In this document: one piece after another, positions 20,560 to 30,602 of the stretch
How positions within the stretch are numbered: position 1 is the first letter of the stretch
Layout: the number at the start of each line of letters is the position of its first letter
From: a virus
IMG/VR virus record: IMGVR_UViG_3300021420_000019
Span: 1-64,000 of that record
Reading direction: 5' to 3' (one strand)
DNA: 64,000 nucleotides
Made by a program: the position numbers and the translations under genes
The notes under the pieces: model-generated
What the model saw: the letters and a program-made list of their open reading frames with translations, nothing else
Told to the model about the DNA's origin: nothing
Databases searched by the model: none

Positions 20560-20895
20560 GGGAATTATATACTTAACTCCCTGTTTGTCGAACGCGAACC
20601 CCACAATAAATCATTCCGCGAATAAAAATTGCCGCCAACTTCCGTAGAAAAGGCAACGACTCTTCGATGCCCACGTTATCGGACCAAGCGGCCTCCAAAC
20701 GACTTAGATACACACGACCCAGAGTAGCAAAGCCAGCGGGTTCTTTAGCTTCATCGTCAGTTCGACGCGGAAGACTGTTTTGGTATTCAATTTCAGTCCA
20801 AACCGCATCGCACGCCGCTTGAAACTCTGCTTTTGTAACTGTTTTACTCATACTATCTCCTTTGTTTACTTGTAGAAGTTAAATATATAATTCCC
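20560..20895 (-). mobile_element. 336-bp non-autonomous IS1595-derived single-gene cassette
   Basis: TIRs at 20560-20581 and 20874-20895; perfect duplication AAATCTTT (20552-20559 and 20896-20903). Confidence 0.9.
20573..20851 (-). CDS. Cassette cargo, 92 aa all-alpha protein (possibly MazG-like fold)
   Basis: AAAGGAG RBS; TAA inside the left TIR; E.EYQ...LRKLAAI pattern is weakly NTP-PPase-like. Confidence 0.6.
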   Translation of the reverse strand: MSKTVTKAEFQAACDAVWTEIEYQNSLPRRTDDEAKEPAGFATLGRVYLSRLEAAWSDNVGIEESLPFLRKLAAIFIRGMIYCGVRVRQTGS

Positions 20896-21869
20896 AAATC
20901 TTTGCTTCTCGTTCACAAAATACGCACTCTTCTTCGCGGGTCTTGCCGTGCTGACACGGATTGCAAGTGCAGCAGTTCGTGAAGCAATTTAAGCACTCAG
21001 AGCAAAGCCCGGTAACGATATCTTCGCAGCCCTGACAGTGTACCCTGTTAAAGGGATCGTGTGCTTCGGTCATCGCAGGTACGGCTCCATCCTGCCTAGT
21101 GGCTTTGTGTTATCGAGCACCTGGGCCAAGACAATAGCCCAGACCGCGTCCATATTGTGCTCGGATTCGCGGGCGATACGATTCACGCGCCTAGACATTT
21201 GATGGTTTGACATCTTTTGGACCTGGCGCTGGATCAGTTGATCGGGCGCTAGTTCCTTCTTCGGTACTGGTGTCTGTTCGTTCATCTCTATACCCAACGA
21301 AACTCTGGTAACGACGGCGGGACTACCCGCCCAACCGAAGCGTGAGATGCTCTGCCGTCTTGATCGACGGTGAATACCGTGAACACCCTTTGTTTTGGGC
21401 GTTCTACGCCCTCAACATAACGTTGGGCGTCACCAAGAAAATCGAACGGTCCGCGAATCCACGGGCTACGGTCGCTCAAGCCATCTGTAATCAGTACATA
21501 AAATTTCATAAATCCTCCTAAGTTTGTTTTAATCTTCCGTCGTTAATTACTGGCCGAAGTTTTCCGTCCGGGCAGCGCCACATCCATTTATTCGCTTCGT
21601 CCAAATAGACTGCGCGATGTTTACATATGTAACACTTCCCGCACCTGGAACAGATGTGAAGCAGCTCGCCATGGGTTCCAGTTAAGCGGCAGATGTGCGC
21701 GACCAGAAGCCACCTTCCTTGATCGAGCCCCCGACCCAGACCTGTTTCCCCCGGCTGCGATTTCGTTCTTCACGTTGCTTTTGATAGGCCTCTCGGCTTC
21801 GTGCATTTTTGCGATCTCTGTGTGTCTTTGTCCCAATCATAAATACCTCACTTGGTTAGTGTTTCATAT

Positions 21870-22388
21870 TTAGGCTTCTTTGTCAAGCTTTTCTTTTTGA
21901 ATCTTGTCGCAATATAAACAAATGTCGGTCAGATCAAACAGGTACAGAAAACTCCCACAGACGAAGCACGAGTACGGCGGGGGCGCAGGCGGTGTATAGG
22001 TCCAGTTAAAGACCTCCTCGATTGGCTTAACAACGAAACACGTTATGCCGGTATCCGGGTCTGTAAAAGTCTCCCACTTCGGCAAGAGATTTTCCTGAGC
22101 TTCTTTCTTAGCTTGTTCGAATAGCTTCTTTAATTCGAGCTTCTTGATGTGTTGTTGGGAGAGGAACTGAAATTTTTCGAGGGCTAACTCGGAGATTGTC
22201 AAACCAGTTTTTGATGGGGACTTACGAAGTTTGTTCAGTACTGCTAGTTGTGCTGTGCGCCATATCCACTCCGGCGGGGACGCCTTGAATCCCGCCGAGC
22301 GCACGGATTCCATGTCATCTCGCCACGCGTCGCCGGGCGAAATCTCTGCTTCAAACCAACTCTCCTTTTCATTCCAGACTATGCGCAT
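21870..22388 (-). CDS. Hypothetical protein with C-terminal zinc finger
   Basis: 172 aa; CFVC...CLYC. Confidence 0.6.
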   Translation of the reverse strand: MRIVWNEKESWFEAEISPGDAWRDDMESVRSAGFKASPPEWIWRTAQLAVLNKLRKSPSKTGLTISELALEKFQFLSQQHIKKLELKKLFEQAKKEAQENLLPKWETFTDPDTGITCFVVKPIEEVFNWTYTPPAPPPYSCFVCGSFLYLFDLTDICLYCDKIQKEKLDKEA

Positions 22389-22686
22389 TATTCGCTTTCG
22401 TGATGGTGCAGGTCTCTCTGGGTCTCAATTAGCAATCCGTCAACCTGCTGTCGCAATTCCTGGATAATCATCAGGTACTGTGACGAAAGGGCCGTCAAAT
22501 CGTTATATCGAGCTTGAAGGATTGCGTGGTCCTCTTGGGCCGCGAGGTACTTATTACGATACAGGGCGACACCGTCAACGACCGTCTTAAGGTGCTCCAT
22601 CACTTGGGCCGGGGAGCCCTTGATCCACTCCTCTATGAAGGCCCCCGAAAAACTGATATCAAGTTCGTTCTCACTTAACGGATTAA

Positions 22687-23067
22687 TCATTTCGTTTTAT
22701 CCTTCGGGGGCACAAGCTCCCATGCACTATGAAGTATTCTTGCCCATAAACGTTGGCCGAGGGCCAATTCGTCCTTCGACGGCTTTGGTTCAGATACCAA
22801 ATCTACTTCCATCTGATCGTCTATCTTTATCCCACGGGTCTTTAAAAAGCCCATATCGGTTGGTGTTACCCGGAGCACATTGTGATTTCTAGGGCCTCGA
22901 AATAAACTAACCGAGGCAGATAACATTCCCTGCTCCATATCCTCACGGCGGTGCTGCGCTAGGTGCTCCTCTATCAGCATCTTCATTCCGCTTTCGGTGT
23001 ACGCGGCGATAAACTTCTTGCAGGCGAGCCTGGTGCAGTCCCACTTGAATTGCGGGCCGTCAGACAT
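22687..23067 (-). CDS. Hypothetical protein
   Basis: 126 aa; overlaps both neighbours. Confidence 0.55.
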   Translation of the reverse strand: MSDGPQFKWDCTRLACKKFIAAYTESGMKMLIEEHLAQHRREDMEQGMLSASVSLFRGPRNHNVLRVTPTDMGFLKTRGIKIDDQMEVDLVSEPKPSKDELALGQRLWARILHSAWELVPPKDKTK

Positions 23068-23602
23068 ATATCCCCGGGATCGGAGACGGGAACGGGAAGT
23101 TCACCCGATTTAACCAGCCCGCAAGAAATTTCTCTTTTTCGGGGTTCAGAACAACGTCGCGCCTGTAGAAGTCTTCCCAAGACGCTCTGTACAAGCGAGC
23201 GAGCATCACTGAAGACACGCCGTTGACCTCTGCAAGTGTCTTCGGACCCATCGCGCCGTCCTCTTCTAGTTCAAATATGGCCTGGAGGGTTTTGACCGCC
23301 ACATGTATGGAGTCGTTGACGGCAAAGCTGAATAAGGGCGCTGCAATGATGTCTGAGTTAATTAAATCGCCCTCTAAAACGTTCCAGTACAGCTTGCGGT
23401 AGGCTGTTTTTGCAGCCGCGACCGCCTGTTGAAATCCCATCGTGGAAAAGAAATCCGAGGGAACGTCCGCAGAGTGCCAACGGCTTGTTAAACCGAGACG
23501 AGTCAATCCCGCTCCATCGTGCAGATCGATAATCTCACCGGGAACCCGGCGTGAATCCTCTTGATAAATTAGCCACGCACAAATCGAATTGAAGTCAGAC
23601 AT
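23060..23602 (-). CDS. Glycoside hydrolase 108-like endolysin
   Basis: DGAGLTRLGLT, YRKLYW, FAVN, DGAMGPKT, KFLAGWLNR. Confidence 0.85.
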   Translation of the reverse strand: MSDFNSICAWLIYQEDSRRVPGEIIDLHDGAGLTRLGLTSRWHSADVPSDFFSTMGFQQAVAAAKTAYRKLYWNVLEGDLINSDIIAAPLFSFAVNDSIHVAVKTLQAIFELEEDGAMGPKTLAEVNGVSSVMLARLYRASWEDFYRRDVVLNPEKEKFLAGWLNRVNFPFPSPIPGIYV

Positions 23603-23604
23603 CG

Positions 23605-23982
23605 TTAGTCCTCGTATGTTGAGTACTTCTTATAAGCCTTGGAAAAGTCTGGCAGAGCGCTCTTCAGAAACAAAGCGACCCTATCGTGAGCCTCGCCTAG
23701 TTGATTGTGAGTCATAAAGAACATAAAGTCTGATGACTCGTTCGACAGACTCGGCTGTAGCTCGTACCGGGTACTTAAATCGATCAATGTCGCCTCGTAA
23801 AGTTCGTGCAACAGAGTTCCGAGGCTAGTGGCCCAGGGCGAATCTATGCCGACGTTGATCTTTTGGCTGCCCTTGTCATCTGGCATCAGTCGCACCGAGC
23901 CGCTGGCGCTGTCAGTTTGTACGAACAGACGGACGTACTTGAATCCCAGTTTGTAGTTGCCAATAAAGTGTTCGGTCTTCAT
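23605..23982 (-). CDS. Hypothetical protein with LLHELYE motif
   Basis: Zincin-like HExxE variant. Confidence 0.5.
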   Translation of the reverse strand: MKTEHFIGNYKLGFKYVRLFVQTDSASGSVRLMPDDKGSQKINVGIDSPWATSLGTLLHELYEATLIDLSTRYELQPSLSNESSDFMFFMTHNQLGEAHDRVALFLKSALPDFSKAYKKYSTYED

Positions 23983-24653
23983 TTAGTATCCAGTTCGTAC
24001 GTGTGCGGTTGCTCTCCGTCATTCATGATACCACCGATACAGATAAACTCCGTGCTGTATCCGGGGACGTGAAAGTGCTTGTCAACATGATAATGCCCAA
24101 AAATATGAATCTCTGGCTGGTGAAGGTCTAACATCGCCTGTAGCGCTTGAGACGTTCTGCTCATAGCGCAATCTAACTTTGCAGCGAAGTATGGACCTTG
24201 TAAATCGTACAGCAGGACCTTCGCCGCCTTCTCCGGCGCCTCGTGAGATAATACAAAGCGCGGCTTCGATTGTACGTACAGATCGATTGCCTTATTCAGT
24301 TCTTCCTGGCTTAACTCTTCGTCTCTCCACCAGGAGACCCCTTCGATTCGGAACATCCGGTCGATTGAGAAGGCTCCAGCGACCCAAAATAGTTTGTCCT
24401 CCGGAAGATACCCGAAGTCTCCCAAATAATTCTTATGTACGCGGCATTTTGCAGGAGAGTCATGGTTCCCCCTAAAGAATTTGTGATTTTCTGGCAGCGG
24501 CGGTTGCCCCGGCGCGGGAAGACCTACGCCAGCGAACCCTAATCCCATATCTCCGATTTGCACGCTTCGCTGCGAGGGGTCTAAATTGTCGCGCAACCAT
24601 TTCTGGTAAGTCTTTGTACTGCCGTGGATGTCACCTATAACAACGAGACTCAT
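23979..24653 (-). CDS. Calcineurin-like metallophosphoesterase
   Basis: GDIHG, GDMG, GNHD, SHEAP, GHYH. Confidence 0.9.
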   Translation of the reverse strand: MSLVVIGDIHGSTKTYQKWLRDNLDPSQRSVQIGDMGLGFAGVGLPAPGQPPLPENHKFFRGNHDSPAKCRVHKNYLGDFGYLPEDKLFWVAGAFSIDRMFRIEGVSWWRDEELSQEELNKAIDLYVQSKPRFVLSHEAPEKAAKVLLYDLQGPYFAAKLDCAMSRTSQALQAMLDLHQPEIHIFGHYHVDKHFHVPGYSTEFICIGGIMNDGEQPHTYELDTK

Positions 24654-24655
24654 TT

Positions 24656-25507
24656 TTATCTCCCGAGAATATTGTCCACCAAATCTCTGCCTTTGTCAAG
24701 CGGTAACTGGAATCCCGCCGCGTTCGCGTGACCCCCACCACCAAATGCCTTCGCGACAAGTGACACGTCAATGTCGCCCATGCTCCTCGCCGAAAATTGA
24801 ATCATACCGTCTGCGCGTTCAAAATAGCCTAGGCCTATGTCGTATCGATGAGCCAGGGCGTGCCCGACCTCGCTAGTGTTTAAGTAAGGGACATTGACTA
24901 CGCCGACAGTGTACCGCTTGCCCGCCAAATTTAGTGTGCCTGGCTGCGCTAACTTCACAGCCTCTCGAACGTATTTATTGATGTGAAGTAAGATAGCCTC
25001 GCCAGCGGTGACCATATACAGAAATTGGGACCTTGCCATTCTATCCCAGGCTTCGATCTCATACGGAAACGTCATGATATAGGCGTTCACCTCTTCAGAC
25101 TTCGGGAGCGAGAACTTCCATAAATCTCTATCTTCGACGTAATCAATCCAAAACGGGCGGCCTTGGTAATAGTCAGATGGCAGAAAATCTTTCCCGAACA
25201 GATAATCCCATGCGAGCCCCGCTCCAGACCTAGTGACATCGTACGTAACGTATGGTTTACCGATGATGTCGGTCTCGGACTTGTGGTGATCGTATATGTG
25301 ATATGACTTAGCGATTGCGGCTACCTCGTCGTTCTTCCCGCGAAGGTTGATATCGACACACAGAACATCTTTGTCGCGGAACATCTCTATATCGATTGGC
25401 TCGCCGTGATTCCTAGGCAGGAGCTTCGCCTCGGGATATCTCATTTTTGCTATAAATGCTGCGGACCAACCATCTGTACACTGGGCGTGATAGATCACAT
25501 AGTCCAT
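24656..25507 (-). CDS. DHH/DHHA1 phosphoesterase
   Basis: YH..C.DG, DHH, EDRDLW, GGGGHANAAG. Confidence 0.9.
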   Translation of the reverse strand: MDYVIYHAQCTDGWSAAFIAKMRYPEAKLLPRNHGEPIDIEMFRDKDVLCVDINLRGKNDEVAAIAKSYHIYDHHKSETDIIGKPYVTYDVTRSGAGLAWDYLFGKDFLPSDYYQGRPFWIDYVEDRDLWKFSLPKSEEVNAYIMTFPYEIEAWDRMARSQFLYMVTAGEAILLHINKYVREAVKLAQPGTLNLAGKRYTVGVVNVPYLNTSEVGHALAHRYDIGLGYFERADGMIQFSARSMGDIDVSLVAKAFGGGGHANAAGFQLPLDKGRDLVDNILGR

Positions 25508-25872
25508 TAGATTTCCTTCCTCTTTTGTGCTTCCGCTAGTACTCTCTCCCACTTAGTAATGGGATTCTTTGGCCTGCGGCGCGGTACCGCCCGCCCCTTG
25601 AACCTTGCCTTGCCGATTATCTGATTCTTGGTTAGGTGGGTCAGGCCTTCGGGCGGCTTGAGTTCTCCATAAACTACCCCATCTTTTTCGGCGAACTTCT
25701 GCTCGCACTTGCGGACCCAGTTCTCGCGGTGGCGCAGCCCGCACAGGGCGCAATTTATCATGCGACCAAGCTCGGGGTGCCTTCCAGCGTAGGAGCGATC
25801 ATGAATCTCGGCTAGGGCAGCTTCGGCTGCCTTTTGTCCGGCTTCATTCGGTTGTAAGGTTTCTTCGGTCAC
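25507..25872 (-). CDS. Hypothetical protein
   Basis: 121 aa; CALC..H..C. Confidence 0.55.
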   Translation of the reverse strand: MTEETLQPNEAGQKAAEAALAEIHDRSYAGRHPELGRMINCALCGLRHRENWVRKCEQKFAEKDGVVYGELKPPEGLTHLTKNQIIGKARFKGRAVPRRRPKNPITKWERVLAEAQKRKEI

Positions 25873-26056
25873 TGTCGCTCCATCATGTCGGCTATCTGCC
25901 AGAGACGGGTCATAGCTTCGGGCGGCTCCATAAATGTTCCGTCAGCCTTCTGGATAAGATTTCTAAACGAAGACGACGGTAAATTATCTATAACGAGCTT
26001 AACAAGCTTCGCTGTCTTCTTTAGCTGTCGTTTCGCTTTCCATTTAGTATACCACA

Positions 26057-26602
26057 TCATATTGATCTCCCATAGTCATAATCTCTTCCAGTTGCGGTCT
26101 TCGGATCGTTCTTAGGCTCGGGGTTCCCCTCGACAACGATCTCTCCCGTACGTCCGTCTATTAAAGCCGCGCCGAGTTGCGCTAACGACAGTTGAGTCAA
26201 GTCGTTGTAGAGTTCGATTCGCCTAGCCGCGTCCTTATCGTTTTTGATGTAAGCGTATTCGATGTGCTCCTCTTCAACGGTCGCCGTACGAGGGGTCTTC
26301 TGAAAGGGGGTCATGTATACGTCTGTTCCATACTCAAATACGTGTTTTTCTTTAATAAGTTGCCCCGTTTTTCCGCACAGCTTGCAGGACTTCTTCAAGT
26401 TAGAGTCATTAATGCAGATAGGGCAAACTTCCTCCACCTTAATGGTCTTGAACGAAACGATGACGTTCGCGGCAAAACCTGTATTCTTTAACTCTTCCGC
26501 TTTCGCAACGCTGATGAACTTTCTGCACCGGCACCGTTCTGCGATGTAGCCTTCAATCTTCTGATTCGCGCAAGTATGGACTCGCACCTTATGTATCTGC
26601 AT
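26057..26602 (-). CDS. Zinc-finger hypothetical protein
   Basis: CPIC...CKLCGKTG; AAGGGAG RBS. Confidence 0.6.
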   Translation of the reverse strand: MQIHKVRVHTCANQKIEGYIAERCRCRKFISVAKAEELKNTGFAANVIVSFKTIKVEEVCPICINDSNLKKSCKLCGKTGQLIKEKHVFEYGTDVYMTPFQKTPRTATVEEEHIEYAYIKNDKDAARRIELYNDLTQLSLAQLGAALIDGRTGEIVVEGNPEPKNDPKTATGRDYDYGRSI

Positions 26603-26611
26603 ATCTCCCTT

Positions 26612-27223
26612 CTAACTTAATGGACTGCCTTCATTTGCGGTTCGTATCCCCACGGCATTTATTTTCTTAGGTCTGTGAGATGGCTTTAACGGCCCGGACA
26701 TCTGTTTATTTAGCCTACGGAGCATCAGATCGACAGCGTTAGCGGTCATATGAAGCTCCTGCGCTACAACGTTCATAGTCGCGCCGACCTCGTAGTATAG
26801 GTGTATAAGGCGGATCATCCTGGCGGCTGACTTTCTTTGTTTAAGGTCGGTCGCTGCCTTCGGAAACCTGGTCTTGATTAACTCTTTAATCTTCTCGTTA
26901 TCTAGCACCCACGGCGGGATTGTTAATAATCTTCGTGAGTGTTTTTCTTTTCCGATTCGCGACCAACCCGCTAAGAAACTCTCGTCATATTTTGGTTTTA
27001 GGTCCCGAGTCATTCGTTTTTCAACTGTTCTCGACTCTTCTATACTAGATACTTGGTAGATATCCGTATGAGTTATCTCATTTTTATGATTCCACATCTT
27101 ATGAGATTTTTCAAACGGACGAGTTAACCCGAATCCGCTACGTCCGACATAGAGGCATATATCATACCTCCAGTGCACATAGACGATAGAACTAAACGGA
27201 TTCTGAATTGTTATTTTCTGCAT
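26612..27223 (-). CDS. GIY-YIG-like domain fused to an HTH domain paralogous to 27192..27590
   Basis: VYVH...LYVGRS..R...E..LKPKY, then IPPWVLDNEKIKELIK... Confidence 0.6.
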   Translation of the reverse strand: MQKITIQNPFSSIVYVHWRYDICLYVGRSGFGLTRPFEKSHKMWNHKNEITHTDIYQVSSIEESRTVEKRMTRDLKPKYDESFLAGWSRIGKEKHSRRLLTIPPWVLDNEKIKELIKTRFPKAATDLKQRKSAARMIRLIHLYYEVGATMNVVAQELHMTANAVDLMLRRLNKQMSGPLKPSHRPKKINAVGIRTANEGSPLS

Positions 27224-27590
27224 TTTTCCTCGGCCTTCCCCGTGGCTTTATTGGTCGATTCATGGTCTTGTTGATCCTTCGCAGGGACTCTTCTACGGCC
27301 CGGACCGATATCTTCAGCTCTTCCGCTATCGCGCCCGCCGTACTTCCGGCCCTATAATAGAGGTAGATTATGCGAAGCATGCGTAGGGCACTTTTCCTCT
27401 GCTTCGGACTAGGGAAGCACCGCTTAATCAGTTCCTTTAGTTTTTCATCGTCTAGCGCCCACAGCGGTATCCTCTTCATTCTGTCGGCATGTAAGGTCGC
27501 CCCGGCAGTCTTCATGATCTGATGACTTCCGACGTAATTATCTTTGCCGTCTAGGGTGTTTCTTAAGAACGCAAATGAATCGTTGTCCAA
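27192..27590 (-). CDS. HTH (sigma region 4-like) DNA-binding protein
   Basis: IYLYY...STAGAIAEELKISVRAVEESLRR. Confidence 0.65.
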   Translation of the reverse strand: MDNDSFAFLRNTLDGKDNYVGSHQIMKTAGATLHADRMKRIPLWALDDEKLKELIKRCFPSPKQRKSALRMLRIIYLYYRAGSTAGAIAEELKISVRAVEESLRRINKTMNRPIKPRGRPRKNAENNNSESV

Positions 27591-27841
27591 CTACACCTCT
27601 GTAAATTCTTCTTTGATCCTGAGTTGCTCGTCTACCGGAAGTTCTAGCAGTTTTTTCATCGTGAGCCTGCGATTGCCAAGAAATTTCAAAAATCGCCTCG
27701 CTAGAATCTGTTCCGGGGACATCTCTTGCTCGTCTATGCTATTGATAAGCTCATCTTCCAGGAGCTGATCTGTATGAAACTCCTCCTGTAGACCGATAGC
27801 CCGAAACGCGCCTGACTCTGTTTCTACAAATACGTTGTATT

Positions 27842-29032
27842 TCATTCTGTGTCCCCTTCTTCGAATAGCGCGTCGAAGCTCTCTTCATCAGATTTTTTGA
27901 AGCTCTGTTGTTTGAAATTTTCGTCCCCTAGAATAAAGGCACGGAAGTACGGATTGTTTCGATCATCTCTGGGATATCTGATTCCAAAATTCTGAGTGTA
28001 TATCCCGGTCTTGTGAGCGTTCACGATCTCTATGATCTGTCTAGCCGCCGTGCGTCCCGCATCTTCTGCGGACCGTTCACTCACCAAACCTGAACCGAAC
28101 TGGAGCTTCTGCTTCGTGATCGCGGTTAGGGGTACCTTGGTTCCGTATTGTTGAAGCCAATTAAACGCCCTCTGTTTCGTCTCGTCCGTTTGATCGGTCT
28201 TCTCTCCCTTCTTGCCTTGAACTCGGTCCATCTCTTCCAGCATGAAGTCGGTCTTTAAAATCCACGCGCTATCATCCTCTAACTTCGCTATTACACCGTC
28301 TTCGCCCGCTTCGAACGCGCCGACTGACTCTAGAGTCGTAATAGAATAGCCCTTCTTATAACCGAGCGCCTTCTTGACGAACCAGAGCAAAGCGACAGTT
28401 CTGATTCCACTCAGCCAGGAGTACCGCCTTAATTGAGCGTCGAAGGCAACAATCCCTGGTTGTTCCGCTAGCTCCTGCGCCGCTGTCTTCAAATCGATGA
28501 TAACGGGCCTGTACGGTCCCTGTGTCCACTCCACTTTAGGCAACATGGGGTGATTCGGATCGGCGTACGAGACTAGATCGAGACGACCCGCGTCGAAAAT
28601 TCCTCCGTAGTTAGGGTCCCCAACGAAAACTTCCTTCTCGTACTCCCGCTGCCATACTGACCGACCTCCTGGGTATATCGGTAGTTTGGGGAGCTTAGCC
28701 TGAAAGAGACGCACATGATCTTGTCCGATCTGATTCAGAGTTGACCAGTCCTTCTCGACCGTGGTGTAACTCAAGTTGCCATCAGATTGATAGACGGACC
28801 ACCTTCGAATGAAGTCCTCAACCCCGCCGTCGCCGTGTTCTGTCTGGAACTGTATTGATTCTTCGAGCGCTTTGCCGTACGCGAACCGCGCTTTCGAATC
28901 CTTTTCCTTATACCCGAGCACCTTTTGAAGGTACCAAAAATATTGACAGTTGTCCCAGGTGTTGCCGCTCGAATACGAGTGACGGCGGTGAGGATTTCCC
29001 TTGGAATTAATATATAAGCACGGACTAGTCAT
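27842..29032 (-). CDS. PD-(D/E)XK (RecB/Cas4-like) nuclease
   Basis: HSYS, GRLDL, IIDLKT, QLRRYSW. Confidence 0.85.
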   Translation of the reverse strand: MTSPCLYINSKGNPHRRHSYSSGNTWDNCQYFWYLQKVLGYKEKDSKARFAYGKALEESIQFQTEHGDGGVEDFIRRWSVYQSDGNLSYTTVEKDWSTLNQIGQDHVRLFQAKLPKLPIYPGGRSVWQREYEKEVFVGDPNYGGIFDAGRLDLVSYADPNHPMLPKVEWTQGPYRPVIIDLKTAAQELAEQPGIVAFDAQLRRYSWLSGIRTVALLWFVKKALGYKKGYSITTLESVGAFEAGEDGVIAKLEDDSAWILKTDFMLEEMDRVQGKKGEKTDQTDETKQRAFNWLQQYGTKVPLTAITKQKLQFGSGLVSERSAEDAGRTAARQIIEIVNAHKTGIYTQNFGIRYPRDDRNNPYFRAFILGDENFKQQSFKKSDEESFDALFEEGDTE

Positions 29033-30602
29033 TCCTTTCTCCTAATTCAGGTTCGTAGTCTTCAATTTTATCAATATAATCATTCAAAAACTCACTACGC
29101 GGACCGTAAAAACTTATATTCAGGGTCTTAGCGGCCCTGGAACATGCCGTGAACCATATCCTTTTTTCTTCGCCTATCTCTCCGTCGCGATGGGGCATAC
29201 GGTTTTGATCCACACCCACAACAAATACGTGATCTGCCTGCTTCCCCTTCATTTGATGAACTGTAGACAGGGTTAGGCCCTTAGCCGACTTCCTGGCGTA
29301 CGTCAGCTTACGGAGACGTTCTAAGAACTCGGGAACAGTTCCCTTCCCTTGAGCCATGCGAACGACGGAATTTAAATTTTCAGCGGGGTCGCTCTCCATA
29401 GGGTCTCCGCTGCCACGATAGATGTTCAAAAGATTGTGTTCATAAATAAGGCTCGACAACACTTGATCTGCGGATCGCATGTCCTTGGATTCCTTGGCCA
29501 ACTGAAGGAGCTTTTTGACCTCGCTGGTTTCGAAAAAATCTTTTTTACCCAAGATTCTGTACTTAATTCCCCGACTGACGCACAGCCGCTGAAATACAAA
29601 CAGTTGACGGTTGGTCCTAGCCATGATAACGGTATTGACCGGATCAGTTATCTGTAGAAGAGTTTGAACGGCCTCTTCTTGATCGTCTTGGTACCGTGTT
29701 ATAGCGGGATCAATCCCTGCCTCATTTGTGGTCATCATGCGGCTAGAAATCCCGTTGTCTTCTGGTGTAATTTCCTTGACGAAGGAAACTATTTTTTGGC
29801 TAGACCTGTAATTTTGCCCCAAGTAAAGAGTCTTCACGTTAGGAAACTTCTGCTGAATGTGCTTAAAAACATCCGGGTGCGCCCCTCTCCAGGTATAAAT
29901 TCCCTGGTTCGTGTCGCCCACGCACATTAGGTTGCCATCGAATAAAAGTTCAAGCATGCGAAGTTGACGGGTATCGGTATCCTGAAATTCGTCTACTGCT
30001 ATGTACCGTTTCTTCCATCTGTTTCTGACTTCCTCATTCGTTTCTAGTAGCTTAACTGTTTCAAAGATAAGTGAATCGAAGTCCAACCAACCATCCGCCC
30101 GGCATCGATCTTCGTACTCGCGATACGCACATCCGAGATAATATTCCCTCCCGATCGCTTCCGCAATTGCTTGTTCGGGCTCTATATTAGATCGCTTCCA
30201 TTCCGAGAGCTTCCCCTGAAGAACACGAAATGATGAAATTGCTGGGTACGCCTTGACCAAGTCAAACAATAGCAAGTAGTCTTCACCTTTTACGGGAATC
30301 ACGGTCTCGCCTAATTTGAACGGCAGGTGCTCCCGCTCTCGCTTAATCAATTCTAGTGCGAACGAGTGGAAGGTGCGAAACACAGCTTCAGCGTTAAGCA
30401 GGCCGACACGCTCTGCGGCCTCTTTTGCAGCGCTATTTGTAAAAGTCAAGTTCAAGATATCGCTGACAGGGATACCCCGCGTTACCATTGCCAGGAAGCG
30501 CTCAACCATACAGGCCGTTTTTCCGCTTCCTGGCCCACTTATTACTACGAACGCCCCCTCAATCGAATTGACGACCGCTTGTTGTTCTGCGTTTAGCTGC
30601 AT
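29025..30602 (-). CDS. uvrD: UvrD/Rep-type SF1 helicase
   Basis: GPGSGKT, DEFQD, GDTNQGIY, NYRS, TVHQMKG, ACSRA; start at MQLNAEQQ. Confidence 0.92.
   Translation of the reverse strand: MQLNAEQQAVVNSIEGAFVVISGPGSGKTACMVERFLAMVTRGIPVSDILNLTFTNSAAKEAAERVGLLNAEAVFRTFHSFALELIKREREHLPFKLGETVIPVKGEDYLLLFDLVKAYPAISSFRVLQGKLSEWKRSNIEPEQAIAEAIGREYYLGCAYREYEDRCRADGWLDFDSLIFETVKLLETNEEVRNRWKKRYIAVDEFQDTDTRQLRMLELLFDGNLMCVGDTNQGIYTWRGAHPDVFKHIQQKFPNVKTLYLGQNYRSSQKIVSFVKEITPEDNGISSRMMTTNEAGIDPAITRYQDDQEEAVQTLLQITDPVNTVIMARTNRQLFVFQRLCVSRGIKYRILGKKDFFETSEVKKLLQLAKESKDMRSADQVLSSLIYEHNLLNIYRGSGDPMESDPAENLNSVVRMAQGKGTVPEFLERLRKLTYARKSAKGLTLSTVHQMKGKQADHVFVVGVDQNRMPHRDGEIGEEKRIWFTACSRAAKTLNISFYGPRSEFLNDYIDKIEDYEPELGERND

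Noticed and set aside
10787-20895. Repeated 22-mers read as a CRISPR array or integron attC sites
   Set aside because: They occur as inverted pairs with 8-bp target duplications and irregular spacing. There are no cas genes and no GTTRRRY cores.
27842-29032. Cas4 as part of a CRISPR system
   Set aside because: It is a stand-alone PD-(D/E)XK nuclease next to UvrD, lacks the C-terminal Cys cluster, and has no array.
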